Below the pieces are notes generated by a model. The model was not told the DNA's origin and did not search any database. It saw only the letters and a list, made by a program, of their open reading frames with translations. This document shows, piece after piece, positions 39,692-47,805 of a stretch of 63,128 bases of DNA (the stretch's first letter is position 1; each line of letters begins with the position of its first letter). This stretch comes from a virus (taxonomy: Duplodnaviria > Caudoviricetes), in IMG/VR virus record IMGVR_UViG_3300037346_000608, positions 1-63,128 of that record. One strand, given 5' to 3'. The position numbers and the translations under genes are program-made.

Positions 39692-40435
39692 TTATATATT
39701 CTGGGGTAATGGGTTTAGTTCATGATATTTTTTTACTAGAGATAGGAATTCTTTCCCATGTTCTTTAATATCATCCCATGTTACTTCAAATATTTGAGGT
39801 TCATCATTTTCAACAGCAATCCAAATTTCACCACCTTTAGGTTTTATACCATGCATTTCCCAATAGGCTAGGAAATATGCTGCGATTTGCATAAAGTAAT
39901 TTTTAATCCACTCTTTCTTTTTCCGTTTACGACTAGTCTTAAAATCTAAGATGAGTAGATGAGATAAATAGTTCTCATAAATATTATCTACCCTACCAGC
40001 ATACCCTCCCATCTGGTGTGAGTAGAGCGTTGCCTCGATGCTTACAATTCGGTTGATTCGGTTAAAAAGTCCATTATTATAAAAACTATAAAAGAGTCTA
40101 CGACCAACCTCGAGCTCTTCGTTGGTGAATCCTTCATCCTTTGCAAATTCTATGATTTTGTCCTGTGCATCCCGAATTCTTTTACCATTATCCTCTAAAT
40201 TGGATCCTAAATAAAATTCTATCATTTGATGCATAATAGTTCCACGATTTGCTGAAAATTTTGAAATACGATCTGCCTCTTCTTCACCAACTCTCTTTCG
40301 CCAATCATCTATGCCTGAAGAATCTGTCATACTACCTAATACAGTAGTAACTGATGGGTATTTATTTTCACCAATGATATAGTACCTCTTGTCATTAATT
40401 GTTTCAGTTAATGTTAATGATTCTGCTGTTGCCAT
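39692..40435 (-). CDS. Cas4-like / PD-(D/E)XK exonuclease
   Basis: YPSVTTVL, RGT.MH, AGRVD, DFKTS, Q..AY. Confidence 0.88.
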   Translation of the reverse strand: MATAESLTLTETINDKRYYIIGENKYPSVTTVLGSMTDSSGIDDWRKRVGEEEADRISKFSANRGTIMHQMIEFYLGSNLEDNGKRIRDAQDKIIEFAKDEGFTNEELEVGRRLFYSFYNNGLFNRINRIVSIEATLYSHQMGGYAGRVDNIYENYLSHLLILDFKTSRKRKKKEWIKNYFMQIAAYFLAYWEMHGIKPKGGEIWIAVENDEPQIFEVTWDDIKEHGKEFLSLVKKYHELNPLPQNI

Positions 40436-40441
40436 TTGTGG

Positions 40442-40894
40442 TTAAAAGATAAAACTGATTAATTTACCAAATGATTCGCCAATACCATTCCAATATGATG
40501 TCGTAACAACATAGACTATTCTTAGGATAACAACTAATACTGTGGTTTTAATTGCTGACCATAAAAACGGTATAAGTTTTATATAATCTCTATCAGGTGA
40601 TAGAATTAAAAGATATGCGCCAGCTTTTGGTATTTCTTCTATCTCAGGTGATATTGCATCAGCAATTCCCATATCAAGAAACAGTTGATCATATTCTCTA
40701 AGTTTCATAAGAATATAACCCTCTTTTGATATAGGTTGAGTTATAACTTCTTCTGGTAAATTTATAACAGTATAAATTCTACCTATCCAATCAACCCTGA
40801 AGTTAGATTGATTGAGAAGCATTTCATTTTCTTTGGCAATGGTTCTAACTTTTCGCCAAATATTAATTTCGCCTATAAGATCTTTTATGTACAT
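40442..40894 (-). CDS. hypothetical membrane protein
   Basis: RVDWIGRIYTVINLP; C-terminal TM. Confidence 0.65.
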   Translation of the reverse strand: MYIKDLIGEINIWRKVRTIAKENEMLLNQSNFRVDWIGRIYTVINLPEEVITQPISKEGYILMKLREYDQLFLDMGIADAISPEIEEIPKAGAYLLILSPDRDYIKLIPFLWSAIKTTVLVVILRIVYVVTTSYWNGIGESFGKLISFIF

Positions 40895-40905
40895 AATATT
40901 TTATT

Positions 40906-41541
40906 TTATGCGTATTGAGGTTTAGCAAACAATTTCATTTGCTCCAATTGTTTTTTAACAATATTCCTACCTCTAAAAATACGATTTTTTACAGTTTGTA
41001 GATTAATATCATTTTCATATTCTAGCATAATAGCTAGGATATCTCCATATGATTTATGATTTAAGAATCTTTCTACCATGTATCTCTTATACATAGGAGG
41101 GAGAGCATTAATAGCTTCCCTGGTTAATCTAACCTGTTCAGTGATAGTGTCTTCCTCGGCCCAGAAATCATCTTCGCTTTTAATCATAATATTAGGATCC
41201 AAATCCATACCGGGCATAGGTGGTTCAATACCTGCATCGGTAAATACATTAATACTTATCTTCTTATTACGAAAGCGAATCCAACCAATACATTCATTAT
41301 ACGCAATACGATAAGCCCATGTAGTAATTTGATAAGTCTCATCATATTGATCAATCTTAAGATACACTGTGGTTAATGTTGTTGATGCAATGTCATCAGC
41401 AATAGTTGGATCTTTTACAATATTATTAATATAAGACCATAAACCTGGTCTCATTTTTTTGTAAAGTTCATTGTAAACTCGCTCCGACCTTGTCTTTTTG
41501 AATTCAATTGCTAATTCTTTGTATGTTTTACCCTTTGCCAT
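40906..41541 (-). CDS. ECF-type sigma-70 family factor
   Basis: Region 2 TTWAYRIAYN; region 4 LPP.Y...SY.DI...TVKNRIFRGR. Confidence 0.85.
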   Translation of the reverse strand: MAKGKTYKELAIEFKKTRSERVYNELYKKMRPGLWSYINNIVKDPTIADDIASTTLTTVYLKIDQYDETYQITTWAYRIAYNECIGWIRFRNKKISINVFTDAGIEPPMPGMDLDPNIMIKSEDDFWAEEDTITEQVRLTREAINALPPMYKRYMVERFLNHKSYGDILAIMLEYENDINLQTVKNRIFRGRNIVKKQLEQMKLFAKPQYA

Positions 41542-42076
41542 TTATAAAATCTTTAATAGTTGAAAATTTAATAGGTGAATAGTTCCAAAAATCAGTGCAC
41601 ACATTAACACGATTGGAATCTCTTAAGTCTGTTTTGTGAGAAAATACCGTATGACCATGAAAATGAATAGTCCCTGACGTTTGCCCATTCCATACCTCTA
41701 ATGGATAATGACATATAACAGAATCAAATTGTAGTAACTCTACAATCTGGTCATCCAATATAGTAATATTATCAAATTCGTGTTCAATTTCTAATAATGC
41801 ATCATCAGAATTTCCTATCAAAAAAGTAATTTCGCCATTAAGCCGTTTAAGAACAGCTCTAGCAGTATGAGGATCCCATGCAAAGTTTCCTAAATGAAAA
41901 ACAACATCACCTTTCTTAATTTGCTTATTCCAATTTTTAATCAGCTTTTCATTCATATCTTCTATGGATGAAAATGATGACCGTTTGGCAATTTCTAATA
42001 TCTGTGGTCTGCCAAACCACGTATCCGATGTTATAAAAAAATCTATCGGTTCTGTTAATCTGTTTTGTTCTATCAT
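41528..42076 (-). CDS. calcineurin-like phosphoesterase (divergent metal ligands)
   Basis: SDTWFG, HLGNF, GNSD, CHYP, HGHT; several canonical H/D ligands substituted. Confidence 0.75.
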   Translation of the reverse strand: MIEQNRLTEPIDFFITSDTWFGRPQILEIAKRSSFSSIEDMNEKLIKNWNKQIKKGDVVFHLGNFAWDPHTARAVLKRLNGEITFLIGNSDDALLEIEHEFDNITILDDQIVELLQFDSVICHYPLEVWNGQTSGTIHFHGHTVFSHKTDLRDSNRVNVCTDFWNYSPIKFSTIKDFINGKG

Positions 42077-42161
42077 TATATTTTAGTTTATGATGGCGTA
42101 TATAATACCGTCAGTACAAATATAATATAAATAAATGAAAATTGAAAACTTTTTAAGAAAA

Positions 42162-42707
42162 TTATTTTTTTATTTTCATTGTTGTTTTAGTACCATCAGG
42201 TTGACTAAAAACTGCATAGGTAGGGACCAACTCATATACGTCATTTTTCATACTGTCGCAATATTTTTTACCAGTACCTTTCTTTAAATATCCTACAGTA
42301 CAATGAGGATGATAGTCAGGATAATCATTTTCGTACGGAAGTTTCATTAATGCTTTATTTACCTTATGTAAATTATCGCCTTTAACGTCAAACTTTAAAA
42401 CATCATACTCATTTTCAAAAAGAGAAGCGTTATGTAAAGTGCATGGACCAAATGTAAAGTTTTCAATAATCTCCCTTACTTGAGTAGTTGCGACGTCCTT
42501 TTTTAGTCCATATAATAATGTTACATGCGGTTCATCCTCAAGACCGAAGGTACGATCACCTTCTTCTTCATAAAGATCATTAGGATCAATACTATCATGA
42601 ATTTCGTTCATTTCTGGAAAATCAAAATAGAGCATTACACAACCATGAGAATATGAATCCTTACTCTTTTCTACAACAAAGTCTTCGAATAATTTAATAT
42701 GTTTCAT
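42162..42707 (-). CDS. 2H phosphoesterase, Acb1/T4 57B-like, with leader
   Basis: PHVTLLYG and PHCTVGY HxT motifs; true start MKHIKLFEDFVVE at 42707. Confidence 0.8.
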   Translation of the reverse strand: MKHIKLFEDFVVEKSKDSYSHGCVMLYFDFPEMNEIHDSIDPNDLYEEEGDRTFGLEDEPHVTLLYGLKKDVATTQVREIIENFTFGPCTLHNASLFENEYDVLKFDVKGDNLHKVNKALMKLPYENDYPDYHPHCTVGYLKKGTGKKYCDSMKNDVYELVPTYAVFSQPDGTKTTMKIKK

Positions 42708-42720
42708 ATGTAGTGTTTTA

Positions 42721-43599
42721 TTATATATCAGAGAAAATAGCATTAGTGATCCAATCATGTAATGGATCATCGTGTGTAGGAATATCGCCACCTTTAACAA
42801 TCGCAGATTCAATGTGCTTAATACAACCTAAAGGATTACCATCAGGATCAATAATAAACTCTCTCATGTCTGGAAAACTCATTGATTCAAATGGATTATT
42901 AAGCATATCTTTAATTAAGCCAAAGTGTCTTTCATAAATATGAAGAGAATGAATAATATGAGTGTATGTACCCATTTCTAATTCAGGATAATACTTTCTT
43001 AAATGTTGGTACATCTGTTCTTGTAATAAACAAAAGAATGCAACATCAGTTGGTGTGCCAAGAATAAGATCATTTGATCTCATATCAATAGTAAAGTTTA
43101 ACCTATTATCACGAATTTGAAAAACACCAGTTAATGTACATACAAAATCTTTGTTATCAGTCCATTGATGTGAAGGTTTATTAAAATGCAAAATTGCTTG
43201 GCGACTATCTTTATCATGAATAAGAGAGTTTAATGCCCATTGGTATTGGTTCCAACCGTGATCATTTTTTTCAGTAAAGATAAGATTACCATAAGCAGAG
43301 TTTACAGTCCCATCACCATTATCAATATGTTCCCAGAATTTTGCAAAAGGAGCAATAAATTCAATATCATTTCTACCAGTAAAGTACCAAACTAATTCAG
43401 CACCAATATACTTGAATTGACTGCTTCTTCTCTTATTTTCATATAGAGAAAAACGCGGATCTTCGATAACAAGAGCAGCATTGGTAACCTCTTTAATTTT
43501 CATACCTCTTGGTGAAGTAATATATTCTGGGTTATTAAATACATCAGTAAGTGCAGTTTGATATACATCTGCAAAAGTTTCTCCTTTATAAGTTCTCAT
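42721..43599 (-). CDS. thymidylate-synthase-fold enzyme, possibly dCMP hydroxymethylase/methylase
   Basis: DSRQA, DFVCT, MRSND..LGTPTD, SLHIY. Confidence 0.8.
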   Translation of the reverse strand: MRTYKGETFADVYQTALTDVFNNPEYITSPRGMKIKEVTNAALVIEDPRFSLYENKRRSSQFKYIGAELVWYFTGRNDIEFIAPFAKFWEHIDNGDGTVNSAYGNLIFTEKNDHGWNQYQWALNSLIHDKDSRQAILHFNKPSHQWTDNKDFVCTLTGVFQIRDNRLNFTIDMRSNDLILGTPTDVAFFCLLQEQMYQHLRKYYPELEMGTYTHIIHSLHIYERHFGLIKDMLNNPFESMSFPDMREFIIDPDGNPLGCIKHIESAIVKGGDIPTHDDPLHDWITNAIFSDI

Positions 43600-43774
43600 T
43601 ATTTAGTTTCTGTTTAGCTTTATCATAACATCTCTCTATTCTATCAAAAAACTCAGCCCGAGGATACCTTTCTTGGGATTTTTGAATCTCTATATCAAAA
43701 AGAAATCTTAAACACTTGTTATTAGACAAACTAGTCATTATTTTATAAGTACGATCTTCTCTCCACTTAGTCAT
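43586..43774 (-). CDS. hypothetical protein
   Basis: Coupled ORF. Confidence 0.55.
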   Translation of the reverse strand: MTKWREDRTYKIMTSLSNNKCLRFLFDIEIQKSQERYPRAEFFDRIERCYDKAKQKLNNENL

Positions 43775-44367
43775 TATTTAAACATATTAAGTTGTTTATC
43801 CTCACCAGTAATAAAATTATCATAAGATAAGAAATCTATAATAATATTAGAAACATCATCAGCACTCATAGTACCAACATTAAGCATAAGTTTATTCTTT
43901 ATTTTACTTAATCTATGCGCACGTTGAAAACCATCAACTTCTGCTTTGATATCCTCTTCATTTTTACTAAGAGACTGTCCGTCCTCCCTGCTCCAAACAA
44001 TATGAGGATCATTTACAATTGTAATAAGATAAAGATTTTCTCTAAGTCTATTTACATACTCTTTCTCAATATCAAAAACATAATCACCAGAATACCCTCT
44101 ATATAAAGGAGAATAAATAGTTTCTCCTAGATGAGCACGATTAAATATAAGATTGATATTATTTTCCTTAGCAGATAACATTAACTTAAACATATCTTCA
44201 TACAATTGCTTTGAGTATGATGTGTGTAATTCAGTATCATCGTTGAAAGGTAGAGCCGAGTAATGTAATTTATGAAAAACCTTATCTTTCAAACGTTTGA
44301 TAATTAAAGCAACTTGTGTATCTTTACCAACCCGGTCTAGTCCCTCTATGATAATTATTTTACTCAT
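43774..44367 (-). CDS. dNMP (thymidylate-like) kinase
   Basis: IIEGLDRVGKDT; NRAHLGE..Y..LYRG. Confidence 0.8.
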   Translation of the reverse strand: MSKIIIIEGLDRVGKDTQVALIIKRLKDKVFHKLHYSALPFNDDTELHTSYSKQLYEDMFKLMLSAKENNINLIFNRAHLGETIYSPLYRGYSGDYVFDIEKEYVNRLRENLYLITIVNDPHIVWSREDGQSLSKNEEDIKAEVDGFQRAHRLSKIKNKLMLNVGTMSADDVSNIIIDFLSYDNFITGEDKQLNMFK

Positions 44368-44381
44368 TTTATTTTTATATG

Positions 44382-44861
44382 TTAGAATTTAGGATTGTTT
44401 ATTTTAATATCATAGTCGGTAAAATTTACAAAATCATTTTCATCTGCATTAATTCTACGATCCAATGAATCACCTGGCATGTATCTACCTAAAAGACGGT
44501 CTCTTCTTATATTAAGTGGAATATCAATATAAAAGATCGTACAATCGCTCCTATCTTCTGGTTTGATATGAGATACTCCAACCGGAGTCATAATGAATAG
44601 GTTACACATGTTATAAAATTGGTCTTTTGACGTTCCATAATACCAACCGTTAAATTCAACAAATTCATACCAAAAGTCTTCCTCTATTTTCTGTTTAAAT
44701 TCTTCAACGGTTAGGAAGTAATAATCCCTACCATGTGTCTCGCCTTCCCGAGGTGGTCTGGTTGTAAAAGAAATACCGTAGACAAATCCACGGCCTTCCA
44801 TTACTTGTCTCATATGATCTTTACCAGCAGCAGCCTTCCCAACTAAAATTACTTTATTCAT
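44382..44861 (-). CDS. gmk: guanylate kinase-like protein
   Basis: GKAAAGKD, TTRPPREGE..G.DYYF, YGT. Confidence 0.85.
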   Translation of the reverse strand: MNKVILVGKAAAGKDHMRQVMEGRGFVYGISFTTRPPREGETHGRDYYFLTVEEFKQKIEEDFWYEFVEFNGWYYGTSKDQFYNMCNLFIMTPVGVSHIKPEDRSDCTIFYIDIPLNIRRDRLLGRYMPGDSLDRRINADENDFVNFTDYDIKINNPKF

Positions 44862-45134
44862 TTACTTGCTCGTAAGGTTATCATTTAGTGTTTCGCGGTA
44901 TACGTTTTCGCTAGTTCCACCAGTTCCACTTGAATACCAGATTTGGTCTTTTCTTGGTATAGGATCACCTACATGGGGCACAAACGGTAGGTTGGGGTAG
45001 GGAGGACTGTACGGCATAGCGGGAAAAGTAGGAAAGCATGGCTTATTAAGCTCTGCCTTAAGAAGCACCATAGCTTCTTCGGCTGTAATATGCCCCTTTT
45101 CAAGCAATCCTTGTACAATACTACTTACTGTCAT
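44862..45134 (-). CDS. hypothetical protein, Pro-rich
   Basis: ORF in run. Confidence 0.6.
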   Translation of the reverse strand: MTVSSIVQGLLEKGHITAEEAMVLLKAELNKPCFPTFPAMPYSPPYPNLPFVPHVGDPIPRKDQIWYSSGTGGTSENVYRETLNDNLTSK

Positions 45135-45360
45135 TAGACTTCTCAGTTTTATTTACTTCAAATGTTTCTTTTAATGTCTGTAAACAATCCATTGCTTCAG
45201 CAAGGGTTCTTGTTAAAGTCATCATTTCCTCGATGTGTTGAGGATGTTCCCCAATTCCAACAGGATTAGTGAAATAAATTGTTAATGTGGCTAATGCCAT
45301 TTGACGCTGTGCTTCAAATTGAGCTTTAAGTGCATCGTACATAATGTTAGAGTTTACCAT
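45121..45360 (-). CDS. conserved T4-like phage small protein
   Basis: NPVGIGEHP motif. Confidence 0.75.
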   Translation of the reverse strand: MVNSNIMYDALKAQFEAQRQMALATLTIYFTNPVGIGEHPQHIEEMMTLTRTLAEAMDCLQTLKETFEVNKTEKSNDSK

Positions 45361-45361
45361 T

Positions 45362-45736
45362 TTAACTATTAATTAGTTTAGAGTTTGGATAATTGTTTTT
45401 AATTTTTTCGTTAAAGAATTTACCTTGAGATTCTGCTTTACAAAAATCATCATACATACCAGGTTCTAGATTTGCATATTCGTAAATAGCACCTGAATTA
45501 AATTCAATTTTTAAGGTATTACTAGCAAAGTTATAAACTGCCCTTTTAATCATTGATGAGTCTGTCGTCGTTACTTGTTCTATTAACATAATTTCAATTT
45601 TAAATAATTTTTTAAGTTCTTTTGTAGATAGTTTTTTAACACCCTCTAATGTGTTCCAGACTGCTTCTTCTGTTTCTGCTTTACAGGTCCACACTAAGGA
45701 GTGACCAAGGAGTGTGAATATTTTGTAAGTGTTCAT
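45362..45736 (-). CDS. KTSC-domain protein (possible fusion; second start near 45589)
   Basis: SSMI....Y....L.IEF.SG.IY.Y....A.SQGKFFN..IK. Confidence 0.8.
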   Translation of the reverse strand: MNTYKIFTLLGHSLVWTCKAETEEAVWNTLEGVKKLSTKELKKLFKIEIMLIEQVTTTDSSMIKRAVYNFASNTLKIEFNSGAIYEYANLEPGMYDDFCKAESQGKFFNEKIKNNYPNSKLINS

Positions 45737-45780
45737 ACTAATAATTTATTTTTATATTGAAAAACATAGTAAGGTTTCAT

Positions 45781-47013
45781 TTAGTTTAATGATTTTTTAA
45801 GTTTTTCTAAATCTTTTATATACATATCTTTAGAATCAGTTTTCTTAATGACTTCAACCTCAACTTCCTTATCGCCTTTCTGTTTTAAAAGTTCTTCAAA
45901 CTTCTCTTTTGTTAATGTATATATGGGCATGCCTAAAAGATAATTAAAACTTCTATCAACCTGATTATATTTGTTTTTGGTTAAATAATCAATAATAGTT
46001 TCTCTAGGTACATTGTTTACTTTAAGCTTTCCTTGAATAATGTCTTTAATAAATCTTGCACGATTTGAAATTACTAAAAGTTCCCTTTCCAATTTAGATA
46101 AGAGATAAACTTTTCTTTTATCATAATAACCTAATCGTATACCTACAAAATGAGTAACAATATCTTCTGCTTTAGTAAAAATCTTAAGCTTACCATTTTC
46201 ATCAATAGTGGTTAAGTTTTCAGTTTCCTGTGAATGTATTTTCAGTAGTGCATCAAGTTTAGATTTTGAAATATAATCCTTAAGAATAGATCTTTGGAAT
46301 TTCAAAATATATTCAATCTTATCTGATGAATTATCTTCGTAATCAACAATAATTCTTTTTTCAACTAATGAATTCAACCACTCTTCATATCTTTCATAAG
46401 TAAACGAAGGAGGAATTTCTGTTACTTTAACTGTTGTGCTATTTACAACCTCGTATGAACCACTAATTTTCCATGTATTAGGATTTTGTGAATCTCTTGT
46501 AAAAGTACCAGTAAATTCACTTAACCAAGGAGAAAGTGTTTTCATCTTCTTATTATCAAGAACAGCTAGGCATGCATCAACTACATCTTTAGGATTTCTA
46601 TTAAGAATGTTTGTTGCAAAACCAACCGCAATCCCAGATGAACCATTTAAAATTACAGTAGGCACAATAGGTAAAAAGAATTCAGGTTCAATTTCTTCGC
46701 CTTCCTCAATTTTATTTGATAGTAATTCAAAATCTTGATAAATTAATCTAAAATTAGAATGCAATTTACCACTAATATAACGTGGTGCACCAGCAGACGG
46801 TGAACGTAATGATCCAAATTGTCCAATACCATCAAGGAGAGGTAATGAATTTTTAAATTTTTGTGCCATCCCAACCATCGCGCTCTCTAAACTTGAATTA
46901 TGAACGATTGATTTTGAATCAAACACTGCAAAATTATGAGTGTTATCAACTTCAATGTCCCAGAATTGTTTTGGGGTGGTTAAAATTACCCTATTTACTT
47001 TCTTTATTTTCAT
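45781..47013 (-). CDS. split-intein IntC (39 aa) + topoisomerase II GyrA/gp52 C-extein
   Basis: WDIEVDNTHNF...IVHN|S; then GQFGS, APRY (catalytic Tyr), NGSSGIAVGFAT. Confidence 0.92.
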   Translation of the reverse strand: MKIKKVNRVILTTPKQFWDIEVDNTHNFAVFDSKSIVHNSSLESAMVGMAQKFKNSLPLLDGIGQFGSLRSPSAGAPRYISGKLHSNFRLIYQDFELLSNKIEEGEEIEPEFFLPIVPTVILNGSSGIAVGFATNILNRNPKDVVDACLAVLDNKKMKTLSPWLSEFTGTFTRDSQNPNTWKISGSYEVVNSTTVKVTEIPPSFTYERYEEWLNSLVEKRIIVDYEDNSSDKIEYILKFQRSILKDYISKSKLDALLKIHSQETENLTTIDENGKLKIFTKAEDIVTHFVGIRLGYYDKRKVYLLSKLERELLVISNRARFIKDIIQGKLKVNNVPRETIIDYLTKNKYNQVDRSFNYLLGMPIYTLTKEKFEELLKQKGDKEVEVEVIKKTDSKDMYIKDLEKLKKSLN

Positions 47014-47226
47014 TTAGCCAGTTTTTAATGTGAATTGGTGTTGTGGTTATTTTTGTCCCTTTGCTTAAATTTTCAGAATAAAATATAAGTTCTAAATTTT
47101 GCATTCTTTACATGATGTTGTATGTAATTGTAGATTTTTATTAAAATTAATATTACTCATTAGTTTATTATCAAAGATCACGTTACATTTAGTACATACA
47201 TAGTTATTAAGCCTAGCTCTGTTCAT
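46991..47226 (-). pseudogene. internally deleted HNH-type homing endonuclease relic
   Basis: 44-aa ORF 47092-47226 with CTKC/CKEC, joined out of frame to NLELIFYSENLSKG tail. Confidence 0.6.
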
Positions 47227-47265
47227 GCTTTATTTTTATATACACGAGAGATGAGCTATATGTTA

Positions 47266-47805
47266 TCATGGCACCCACAATGATCTAATATTATGTAAAC
47301 TGGTTAAATATTGTGCTTCTATCCAATCTCCGCACTCTAGCAAAATCATATGATCTGGTGTGCATTTAATAATATCACCGTTCTCCAGTTCTAACTCAAT
47401 CATTTCGCTAGTCACTGCTCCCTTAAACGGTGGTGAGCTAAGTTCATAAATACCAGAACCTGTATTTTCATTAAACGATAATATCTCCAAGCTTTCTGAT
47501 GGGTATTGTTCATGCCATTCTTTAAATGAAATTTTACCATATTTCTTGGAGTGGACAATTGTATTTTCGTCAAGACAGTTCCCGTGATGATAATATGCCT
47601 CAGCAGCAACTCTACCTGCTAATTGAAATAGTTTCATTGGTTTTTCATTTCCACTTTTCCAGATTTTATTGGCCACATGTACTACCTTTCTCTGTGTAGG
47701 TTTTAAACCGTCAATACAACTAGGTATAGCACGGTTTTCCACAACATATTTGGCATACTCTAAGTATTCTTTATCAAAGAATGATGTTACGGTTCTTTTA
47801 TTCAT
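47266..47805 (-). CDS. topoisomerase II GyrA/gp52 N-extein (76 aa) + split-intein IntN (103 aa)
   Basis: RAIP..DGLKP.QRK, YHHGN|CL; intein block B KCTPDH. Confidence 0.92.
   Translation of the reverse strand: MNKRTVTSFFDKEYLEYAKYVVENRAIPSCIDGLKPTQRKVVHVANKIWKSGNEKPMKLFQLAGRVAAEAYYHHGNCLDENTIVHSKKYGKISFKEWHEQYPSESLEILSFNENTGSGIYELSSPPFKGAVTSEMIELELENGDIIKCTPDHMILLECGDWIEAQYLTSLHNIRSLWVP

Noticed and set aside
39692-40435. CRISPR-Cas system suggested by the Cas4-like nuclease
   Set aside because: No repeat-spacer array or other cas genes seen; stand-alone Cas4-like exonucleases are common in T4-like phages
42708-42812. 35-aa N-terminal extension of the 2H protein in the track
   Set aside because: Overlaps the TS-fold gene; the leader motif and start context point to ATG at 42707
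47014-47265. Group I intron joining the two topoisomerase ORFs
   Set aside because: Spacer is AT-rich with no recognisable intron core; both halves have complete split-intein motifs and IntC has its own ATG
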